Shown here piece after piece: positions 17,416-24,148 of a stretch of 64,000 nt of DNA. Origin of the DNA: a virus; IMG/VR virus record IMGVR_UViG_3300011921_000005, positions 4,354-68,353 of that record; one strand, written 5' to 3'. Every line of letters begins with the position of its first letter. Positions within the stretch are counted from its first letter, which is position 1. The position numbers and the translations under genes were made by a program. Below the pieces are notes generated by a model. That model had not been told where the DNA came from, searched no databases, and saw nothing but the letters and a program-made list of their open reading frames with translations.

Positions 17416-17499
17416 CGCTCAATCACCGCGTGAGAAGGTTACACCAAGCAAGAACACGACAGGCAGAGCGCAGGTTGTGTATTAAGACAGGAGATAAAA

Positions 17500-17820
17500 A
17501 TGTCAGAAGAAGTAAAGACAGCAAGCCAGCAATTCGCAGATGACTATCTGCTAGTGGTTGAAAATGACCGCGAAGGATGGGATGAGATTACTCAAGAAGC
17601 CCGCCGAGTTAAGTACAACATGCCAGAACTCAGCGACTCAATCCGCGAACAGTTCGAGACTCTTGCCTCTCAGGTTATAGAAAACTCAGAAGAAGAAATC
17701 ACAGAGTTTGGCGCTAATGTCTTAAGACAGGTACTCATCGGCATGGGTTCATCAACTTTCGACATCATCGCTCGCGAAGTAATCGCCCGCGATAAAGAGA
17801 CACTAGGAATTGAGGCTTAA
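17500..17820 (+). CDS. Hypothetical early protein
   Basis: 106 aa acidic ORF; SD GACAGGAGA. Confidence 0.7.
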   Translation: MSEEVKTASQQFADDYLLVVENDREGWDEITQEARRVKYNMPELSDSIREQFETLASQVIENSEEEITEFGANVLRQVLIGMGSSTFDIIAREVIARDKETLGIEA

Positions 17821-17823
17821 GAC

Positions 17824-17967
17824 ATGAAAATCACATACGAAATTTATTCAAAAGTCGGCAACTTCGCAGGCTCCAACACAACGGACAGCCTGGCAAAGAT
17901 GGCAGAGATTCGCCACTTACTGGAGAGTAATAACCAAGCCTGCACAATCACAAAGATTGAGGAGTAA
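17824..17967 (+). CDS. Small early protein (47 aa)
   Basis: Hand-translated MKITYEIYSKVGNFAGSNTT...; starts in the TAA-GAC-ATG junction. Confidence 0.55.
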   Translation: MKITYEIYSKVGNFAGSNTTDSLAKMAEIRHLLESNNQACTITKIEE

Positions 17968-17984
17968 TCGGTATTAAGACACAA

Positions 17985-18000
17985 TGTGACTAATATCACA
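17985..18000. promoter_or_regulatory. CRP/GlxR-type box
   Basis: TGTGA-CTAATA-TCACA, perfect consensus. Confidence 0.7.
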
Positions 18001-18079
18001 GCCCCAAATGTTGAAGAAACCGCGGTCATCATGCGACCATTGGGGCACAAGATAAAGCAGGGAAAGTCCCCGCATTATC
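18001..18079 (+). ncRNA. tRNA-like mini-element plus 3' hairpin (copy 3)
   Basis: GCCCCAA/TTGGGGC, GGTC-ATCATGC-GACC, then ACAA; followed by GATAA..GGG-AAAGT-CCC..TTATC. Confidence 0.5.
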
Positions 18080-18107
18080 GGCACGACATCACGACAGGAG
18101 AAAGCAA

Positions 18108-18662
18108 GTGAAGAAAGCAGAACTCAAGGCAGGTGTTGCTTACTATGCAACATCTCAGAACAACGGCATGCAGACTTACAGCACTTCATTGTTTAAGACA
18201 CATAGCCAACACAGTCGCAATCGTTTCTATGTAATCTTTAATGCAGACGGACAGCCAGCCACAGGATACCGAAGCGCAAGCGTAATCTATATGACCAACT
18301 GCAAGACATACGGATTCGACTGCCCAAAACATGGCAAAGACGGCAGACTAAATTGCTATCGCACAGACTTCCGACTCATGGACATCCGCGATGAATACTG
18401 GGCGGTAATCAAGCGCATGCACGAGGCACGCAAGGCACAGCCAACCAAGGACATTAGAGCCGAGCGCCTACGCCGTATCGCCAAGCGCAATCAGGAAAAG
18501 CAGGAAGCACCAATCAAGGAAGAATTCTATCGTGTCTTAAGTCAGATTACAAATAGTTACTGCCACTCTTATGACCGCCTTGGTGGATTCACACCCGCCC
18601 AAATGCAGAAGATTACCGAAGCACTCAAGGCAAGCATGCCATCAGTCCAGGCGGTGGCGTAA
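18108..18662 (+). CDS. Hypothetical early protein
   Basis: 184 aa, GTG start with SD GACAGGAGA. Confidence 0.7.
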   Translation: MKKAELKAGVAYYATSQNNGMQTYSTSLFKTHSQHSRNRFYVIFNADGQPATGYRSASVIYMTNCKTYGFDCPKHGKDGRLNCYRTDFRLMDIRDEYWAVIKRMHEARKAQPTKDIRAERLRRIAKRNQEKQEAPIKEEFYRVLSQITNSYCHSYDRLGGFTPAQMQKITEALKASMPSVQAVA

Positions 18663-18838
18663 TGAGCGACCAGCAATTCAACCTCACTTTCGTAGCCGAC
18701 CACTTCACCCTACACACGACCATCAACGCCGAGACAGAGGAGCAGGCAGAGGCTAACGCCATTGCCAATCTGCAAGACTTCTACGGCATAGACCTTAATG
18801 CAATCAAGTGTTCATTGACCGAGATTGTAGGTGCATAG
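18662..18838 (+). CDS. Small early protein (58 aa)
   Basis: MSDQQFNLTFVADHFTLHTTI resembles MTNYDVLFMHNHFVLVTTV of 57932..58174. Confidence 0.65.
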   Translation: MSDQQFNLTFVADHFTLHTTINAETEEQAEANAIANLQDFYGIDLNAIKCSLTEIVGA

Positions 18839-18913
18839 TATGTCTTACGACACAATCTGCGGTGACTGCCTTATCCCACTATCACAATGCCAACATGCGA
18901 AGGAGTACAAGCG

Positions 18914-19066
18914 ATGAAACTTAATAGACGAGGCAAAAAAGTTAGAGCGATTCTAATTTATGTCTTAATACTTATTGCAATCTATTCAGTATCGGTTGCG
19001 ATGGGCGTGTGGGAGATACCCGAATCATGCCTAGTTGATGGAGTCGGATGCCCAGATGGGTATTAA
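18914..19066 (+). CDS. Small membrane protein (50 aa)
   Basis: MKLNRRGKKVRA followed by a hydrophobic helix ILIYVLILIAIYSVSVAMGVW. Confidence 0.6.
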   Translation: MKLNRRGKKVRAILIYVLILIAIYSVSVAMGVWEIPESCLVDGVGCPDGY

Positions 19067-19073
19067 GACAGAG

Positions 19074-19105
19074 TGTGACCAACAACACATGACAAATGCT
19101 TGACA
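19074..19105 (+). promoter_or_regulatory. CRP/GlxR-type box plus TTGACA
   Basis: TGTGA-CCAACA-ACACA (one mismatch), 10 nt, TTGACA (19100-19105); same spacing as 17384. Confidence 0.65.
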
Positions 19106-19157
19106 CCTACAACCAAATAGATTTAACTACAACTACCAACTAGACAGGAGAAAGAAC

Positions 19158-19301
19158 ATGACAAGACAAACAAGCAAGACAGCAAAGATGACAGTAAGTA
19201 TTAAGACAGAACAAGGTATCGAGTCTTACTTCTTCTATGACATGGAGCAGTACGGCGCAATCCTCAAGGCGATAGACCAAGCACAGATGGGGGGCAACTA
19301 A
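19158..19301 (+). CDS. Small early protein (47 aa)
   Basis: SD GACAGGAGA; stop overlaps the next ATG. Confidence 0.55.
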   Translation: MTRQTSKTAKMTVSIKTEQGIESYFFYDMEQYGAILKAIDQAQMGGN

Positions 19302-19669
19302 TGAGCAACACAACAGGGCATGTAAATGCCAACGGAGAAGGAACAATCATTGTGCCCGTTGAACTAGACCGCAAGGAATTATGGTCAGCGGTTATGGGGT
19401 CAGCATGGGAAACTTTCGGCGACCATTGGCAGGAGTACGAGTACATTAGCGGTGATTGGGATGACCCAACTAGCAAGGTGCGCCTCGTATGCCATAACGA
19501 TAAGTACGAAAATGTTGAGAAGGTAATCACCATTGACGACATTGCCTTGGCGCTACCTATTGCAAACAAGAAAGTTTATATGGACTTATTTGACTTTGAC
19601 CAATACGATGCTATTTGCGGTGATGCAGTCTTACAGGTTGCAGTCATTGGCGATGTGGTATTTGGTTAG
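19301..19669 (+). CDS. Hypothetical early protein
   Basis: 122 aa acidic ORF, translationally coupled. Confidence 0.7.
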   Translation: MSNTTGHVNANGEGTIIVPVELDRKELWSAVMGSAWETFGDHWQEYEYISGDWDDPTSKVRLVCHNDKYENVEKVITIDDIALALPIANKKVYMDLFDFDQYDAICGDAVLQVAVIGDVVFG

Positions 19670-19825
19670 GACTTAAGACATGAACGACACCGAACGCAAG
19701 CAGATACAGCGCCTTGCAAGGCGAGCGCGTGAGCAACGCAACGCCACGACAGACAACGAATCGTTTGACTATTGGCAAGGCGTTATGGAAAACTTACTCA
19801 ACCAACTAAAGACAGGAGATAACAA

Positions 19826-19939
19826 ATGAGCGAACCACAATGGCTGCAAGGTGACGACATAGCCCTTGGTAAAGACGAAGAAGATACCGAACCCAACCCA
19901 CAGTACGACACACTTGAGGAGATGTACGGAGATGACTAA
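19826..19939 (+). CDS. Small acidic early peptide (37 aa)
   Basis: MSEPQWLQGDDIAL...MYGDD matches MSEPQWLEGDDYAL...MYGDEE in 58174..58368. Confidence 0.65.
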   Translation: MSEPQWLQGDDIALGKDEEDTEPNPQYDTLEEMYGDD

Positions 19940-20195
19940 GGAATTAGAAGTTGGTGCATTACTTAAGACAGAAACAGCCTATGACAAGGACATGAACATC
20001 ACCTTTGATGGGCAAGAGATACGAGTTATCCTGCATTGGGATGACCATGATGGCTTTGATATTCAATGGCTTGACCTGGAAGGGCGCTGGATTCAGGCAC
20101 CTGCATGGGCAGATAAGATTGAGGAAGATGGGCAGATGAGCATTGGCTACTTCCTTGATTCACTTGAAGCACACACCAAGAAGGAGACACCATGA
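19932..20195 (+). CDS. Hypothetical early protein
   Basis: Start moved to ATG 19932 (MTKELEVG); acidic, Trp-rich. Confidence 0.65.
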   Translation: MTKELEVGALLKTETAYDKDMNITFDGQEIRVILHWDDHDGFDIQWLDLEGRWIQAPAWADKIEEDGQMSIGYFLDSLEAHTKKETP

Positions 20196-20368
20196 CAGTC
20201 TTGATGGAGTGCCTTGGTTGTGGCACGACAGTAACCAACCCAAGAATAATGAACTACATGTACGAGAAGTGTAACCCTTGCACCGAAAAGCAGAAGGACA
20301 TGGAAGAGAAAGCAATAGATACTTTCTTGCATGCCGAAGCCGAGAGAAAGTTGGACAGTAATGTTTGA
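20192..20368 (+). CDS. Small zinc-finger-like protein (58 aa)
   Basis: CLGC...CNPC; SD AAGGAG. Confidence 0.55.
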   Translation: MTVLMECLGCGTTVTNPRIMNYMYEKCNPCTEKQKDMEEKAIDTFLHAEAERKLDSNV

Positions 20369-20804
20369 TAACTTAAGACAGATTCATCCGCACGCCCGAC
20401 TGTGGATTGTATCCGCCATCGTACTTGCCTTGGTACTTATGCTCAAAGAACCAGCCACCTTCATTGTGAAGCCACCACATGGCAAGGTAATTGCTTACTA
20501 TCAGAACGATTACCAACGCTATGCAATAGACAGACTAACCGAGATGGACATGCTTGAGCAGTATCCATGTCTCTATGAACTATGGATGCGCGAGTCTAAC
20601 TGGCGACCAGAAGCAAAGAACAAGCAGTCTAGTGCAACGGGGATACCTCAGTTGCTTAGTAGTACATGGAAGAATATCAAGGTGAAGCCCACGCGTGATG
20701 GCATGAAGCAGGTTGATGCGGGCTTGCGCTACATCAAACACAGATATGGAAGCAAAGGTGTGTGCCGAGCATACGCCCACCACTTAGCGAAGGGTTGGTA
20801 TTAA
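20361..20804 (+). CDS. Lytic transglycosylase (SLT/lysozyme-like) with N-terminal membrane anchor
   Basis: LWMRESNW catalytic Glu motif, GIPQL, YIKHRYG, C-terminal GWY; homologue 58378..58818. Confidence 0.8.
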   Translation: MFDNLRQIHPHARLWIVSAIVLALVLMLKEPATFIVKPPHGKVIAYYQNDYQRYAIDRLTEMDMLEQYPCLYELWMRESNWRPEAKNKQSSATGIPQLLSSTWKNIKVKPTRDGMKQVDAGLRYIKHRYGSKGVCRAYAHHLAKGWY

Positions 20805-20807
20805 GAC

Positions 20808-21161
20808 ATGAGTAAGTTTCAACCAAAGCACCACCGAGTTATAGCAGTAAGAGGTAGCCTCAATAGATACGGCAAAGGGTTAGTGTCTTATGTCTTAAGA
20901 TATAACGCACGCCTCTGGGATGGGGCAACATGTCGAGGCATAGACACCGATGTCTTTTACCCAGCGCAAGAACTATTTAGTCGTGATGAAGAGCGCATGT
21001 TCAAACGCATGTGTGCCGATTGTCCAGCGATGGATGCTTGCTTGGAGTGGGGCTTAGCCCACGAAAGGTACGGCGTATGGGGTGGCACTACACCACCAAT
21101 GCGACACAAGATGAGAAAGACTTTAGGATTGGCTATCGCAGACCCACAGCACAATCCATGA
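20808..21161 (+). CDS. whiB: WhiB-family Fe-S transcription factor
   Basis: C...MCADCPAMDAC...GVWGGTT signature. Confidence 0.92.
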   Translation: MSKFQPKHHRVIAVRGSLNRYGKGLVSYVLRYNARLWDGATCRGIDTDVFYPAQELFSRDEERMFKRMCADCPAMDACLEWGLAHERYGVWGGTTPPMRHKMRKTLGLAIADPQHNP

Positions 21162-21167
21162 TACAAT
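21159..21167 (+). promoter_or_regulatory. Extended -10 promoter for the anti-RBS hairpin RNA (X)
   Basis: TG-a-TACAAT, 6 nt before the hairpin stem. Confidence 0.6.
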
Positions 21168-21173
21168 AAGGAC

Positions 21174-21215
21174 AAAGCCCGCTAGATTCTCTCCTGTCTC
21201 TGGCGGGCTTTCTTA
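21174..21215 (+). ncRNA. Hairpin with anti-RBS loop; also a likely bidirectional terminator
   Basis: 13-bp stem AAAGCCCGCTAGA/TCTGGCGGGCTTT; loop TTCTCTCCTGTC complementary to GACAGGAGA; TTTCTT tail. Confidence 0.7.
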
Positions 21216-21219
21216 TGTC

Positions 21220-21759
21220 TTAAGAATCTAAATGTAATTCCTTAGCAAGCATGAACACTTCATCACTCAAGTCATCGAGAGTTCCATCGTTATAGATAAC
21301 ATGATTAAACATGTAGTTATCCATCGCATGCTCTGATGCATGACCATTGACAGCGCTATGGTTGTGTCGGTTGATGCGCCAAAGAGAACCACCAAGTTTC
21401 TTGATTGCATCAGCCTCATTAGGAAAGCGCACATCCGAGATAACAACTTTATCTTCTGACTTAATACCTGATAGTGCTATGTCAACCCAAAAGTTTTCAC
21501 CGAACATCTTGCGACCAACCTCAGTACCTAGCACCTGCAATAGACGGCGCACCTCAGGGTCTTTTTTAGTCAAGTCCCAGCCGTAGTCCTCAACGCGATG
21601 TGCTACATGTGTGATGCTATCCAACTTAGGGTTGAGTCTAAGTAAAGCCTCACGCATAGGGTCAGCAAAAGCAATACGGCGGTATCCGTAATTAAGACAT
21701 AACAATTCTGCCGTGCTGTCCTTGCCTGATTGTGCGTATCCACTTAGTCCGATAATCAT
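21220..21759 (-). CDS. Deoxynucleoside monophosphate kinase
   Basis: IIGLSGYAQSGKDS P-loop, FADPMRE, RRLLQVLGTE, VVISDVRFPNEA, HASE. Confidence 0.9.
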   Translation of the reverse strand: MIIGLSGYAQSGKDSTAELLCLNYGYRRIAFADPMREALLRLNPKLDSITHVAHRVEDYGWDLTKKDPEVRRLLQVLGTEVGRKMFGENFWVDIALSGIKSEDKVVISDVRFPNEADAIKKLGGSLWRINRHNHSAVNGHASEHAMDNYMFNHVIYNDGTLDDLSDEVFMLAKELHLDS

Positions 21760-21890
21760 TACCACTCACCACCAATCCACCAAAATCCTAGGTCAATGTT
21801 CCACATCTTAAAGCGTGGGCTTATGTCAAAACCAATACCAAAGCCAGACTTCTTGCCTGCTTGTAGCCAATACTTTCTAATCATCTTCAT
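21759..21890 (-). CDS. Small Trp/Gly-rich protein (43 aa)
   Basis: Hand-translated MKMIRKYWLQAGKKSGFGIGFDISPRFKMWNIDLGFWWIGGEW; fills the gap with coupled start and stop. Confidence 0.6.
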   Translation of the reverse strand: MKMIRKYWLQAGKKSGFGIGFDISPRFKMWNIDLGFWWIGGEW

Positions 21891-22555
21891 TACAAATCCC
21901 TCACTTCTTCTCTCGCTTGTGCATTAGAACTGCGGTGTTGTCGCCATACTGGTTGCTCTCCGCCGAGTCTATCTTGTAACTTAGTCAGCGCTCGCTTGAC
22001 TCTCTTACGCATGGCTTCTTCTGTTGTGCCGTAGGTTTCAGCCAGCGCGCCAAGTTCCATACCACCATCGTCATAGCGTAGGCGTAGCAACTCTCTATCT
22101 GTGTCCGATAGTTTCTTAAGACCTGATGCTACATCTGCTAGCAATGCCATGCGATTGCCACCTTCGCTTGGTTTACTGGAGCGAGATACAAATTCATTAC
22201 TTAAGTCAGGAGTATCTGTCCATCCTATGTGTGACCACACATCGCGCAGTAATTCATGCAATACCTCATGTGAGTAATAGAAAGTATCTGACATAGGCGA
22301 ACGCGAGTAGCGCGAGCGCTCTTTTGCTGCATACTTCTGTGCTTCATTGAAGAAAGTCTTACGCAGTTTGTACTTAAGACTCTCCTCTGCTTCCCATTGT
22401 TCTATCTTGTTCCAATGTTCTAGCGCCCACAAAGACAGGTGTTGGTACAGGTCATCAACAGTTACCAGGTTGCGGTGCATGCGATTACTACGGGTGGCAA
22501 CCTGCCGTGCCACACCATAGATTGTTTCCCATACCTTGTCCTGATTCTCACTCAT
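21890..22555 (-). CDS. Sigma-70/ECF-like RNA polymerase sigma factor
   Basis: Region-2-like DDLYQHLSLW and region-4 HTH (LSDTDRELLRLRY...ELGALAETYGTTEEAMRKRVKRAL). Confidence 0.75.
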   Translation of the reverse strand: MSENQDKVWETIYGVARQVATRSNRMHRNLVTVDDLYQHLSLWALEHWNKIEQWEAEESLKYKLRKTFFNEAQKYAAKERSRYSRSPMSDTFYYSHEVLHELLRDVWSHIGWTDTPDLSNEFVSRSSKPSEGGNRMALLADVASGLKKLSDTDRELLRLRYDDGGMELGALAETYGTTEEAMRKRVKRALTKLQDRLGGEQPVWRQHRSSNAQAREEVRDL

Positions 22556-22955
22556 CTTTAATCTCTGCCTTCTCGTTCTTTAGTTTGCGCATTGCCATAA
22601 GTAAATCATCTACGGTTATGAGATAACCTTTACTCTTATTCGGGGGAATCTCACATGTAATCGCACGACCAAACTCTTTAATGGCGTACAGCACATGGCT
22701 TGTGGGAACCATGAGTACACCCTGCTCTAGTACAAAAGCCCAGTATGCTGCCTCTGTCACCATGACACCAGACTTCTCCCAAGACTTGGACTTCATGTAC
22801 CAGCACTCTACTTCTACATAAAGATTGTTAGTAACCCACCATTTTCTATCTCGCTTTACTTCTACTGTCTTTCCTTGGGTTAACAGTTCTTCTACTAACT
22901 GCTCTCCCTTTCTACCGTATCCAAAGTCTAAATCAAATGATGAGTTCTTTGCCAT
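22548..22955 (-). CDS. Conserved hypothetical protein, possible PD-(D/E)XK fold
   Basis: GEQLV...TVEVKRD...NLYVE pattern. Confidence 0.5.
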   Translation of the reverse strand: MAKNSSFDLDFGYGRKGEQLVEELLTQGKTVEVKRDRKWWVTNNLYVEVECWYMKSKSWEKSGVMVTEAAYWAFVLEQGVLMVPTSHVLYAIKEFGRAITCEIPPNKSKGYLITVDDLLMAMRKLKNEKAEIKDE

Positions 22956-22958
22956 GTC

Positions 22959-23579
22959 TTAAGACCCAACGCGTTTGCGCAAGCCTTCCGCCCCTTCTTG
23001 TAGGTAAACATCATTGACATCACAGTTATCAGGCATGAACACAGGGAACACATTGTCGAGTTCTCTGCTTATGTTCTTAGCCATCTCTCTACCTGCGTTG
23101 TCTCCATCACAGAACAACATAATCTTTTCCCAGTCAGCCAATACCCGTGAGTAAAAAGGTTTCCAGTTGTTTGCCCCTGGTAGCCCGACTGCCGAGAACC
23201 CTACTTGTGTGGCAATGATAGTATCTATCTCGCCTTCGCATATAACAAGCACATCACTATCAGATTCAAGTGCCTTCACATTATAGATATGCGTGCTTGA
23301 CCCAGGGCGTGAGAGATACTTCGGTCCTTGGTCATTGCTTAAGTTACGAAAGCGGATGTCAATCACACCCGATGGGGTGATGTATGGGATAGCCAACTTA
23401 CCTGCGTATGGTTCATGTCCTGTTTCAGGATTCGCCACGAAGCCGAGGCGGAACATACGAGCCGTTTCCTCTGTTATACCGCGACTCGCCAGATACGGAA
23501 GCACCTCTGCTAGGCTTTCTCCGTAGTTCGTTGTTGCTTTCTCCAGTAATTCTCTCTGCGATTTTGACAGCCTCGCCAT
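22959..23579 (-). CDS. DNA primase, TOPRIM part
   Basis: VICEGEIDT, GLPGA and FCDGDNAG motifs; own SD AAGGAG. Confidence 0.88.
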   Translation of the reverse strand: MARLSKSQRELLEKATTNYGESLAEVLPYLASRGITEETARMFRLGFVANPETGHEPYAGKLAIPYITPSGVIDIRFRNLSNDQGPKYLSRPGSSTHIYNVKALESDSDVLVICEGEIDTIIATQVGFSAVGLPGANNWKPFYSRVLADWEKIMLFCDGDNAGREMAKNISRELDNVFPVFMPDNCDVNDVYLQEGAEGLRKRVGS

Positions 23580-23799
23580 ACTTGACTCCTTCTTTCTTCA
23601 TAATTAGTGAGTACACATCTCCTGCCATGTCACAGGCAAAGCATCTGAATCCGCCCTTGTCAATGTTGAGTCGAGCCGACTTAACCTTATCGTTGTGGAA
23701 GGCACAGCGAACTGTGACCCATCCCTCACGCACAGGTATAGTAAATCCGTAGTGTTCTAGTACCTTAACGATGTCATGCTTAGAGTTTTGGGAGGACAT
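23425..23799 (-). CDS. DNA primase, CHC2 zinc-finger part
   Basis: CAFH.D...SA...FRCFAC...GD; overlaps the TOPRIM ORF by 155 nt. Confidence 0.85.
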   Translation of the reverse strand: MSSQNSKHDIVKVLEHYGFTIPVREGWVTVRCAFHNDKVKSARLNIDKGGFRCFACDMAGDVYSLIMKKEGVKYGEAVKIAERITGESNNELRRKPSRGASVSGESRYNRGNGSYVPPRLRGES

Positions 23800-24148
23800 T
23801 GCTGAGCCTTTGAACAACATAAGCATCACCTATTCCCTTATTACTAGCCTTAATAATCACCAATGGTGATGGTGCCAGCAGTAATCTCTTTGCCAATCGG
23901 TAGTTCTCTGCCTCAACATCTGCCTCACGCAACCAACCTGATAGGTCAATGCGACCATCACGCCGTGGTGCCTTGGCTTCAATCACATACGAATCGTTTA
24001 CTGTCTTAAGAAAGACATCACCAATGTCGTTACGCCCTGCCCGAGGCAGGCGCTGTGCTTCGTAATCTAACTCAACAAACCAATCTGCTAAGTCAATCTC
24101 CCACGCTGCACCTCTACGCTTGTTCGCTGTCTGCGGACTGTTGCTCAC
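23780..24148 (-). CDS. Holliday-junction resolvase (Hjc-like PD-(D/E)XK)
   Basis: KRRGAAWE...DIGD...VIEAK; homologue 63066..63413. Confidence 0.75.
   Translation of the reverse strand: MSNSPQTANKRRGAAWEIDLADWFVELDYEAQRLPRAGRNDIGDVFLKTVNDSYVIEAKAPRRDGRIDLSGWLREADVEAENYRLAKRLLLAPSPLVIIKASNKGIGDAYVVQRLSNVLPKL

Noticed and set aside
16330-21223. TTAAGACA repeats as a CRISPR array or as restriction sites (CTTAAG)
   Set aside because: Repeats are only 8 nt, irregularly spaced, on both strands and inside ORFs; many copies lack the C needed for CTTAAG.
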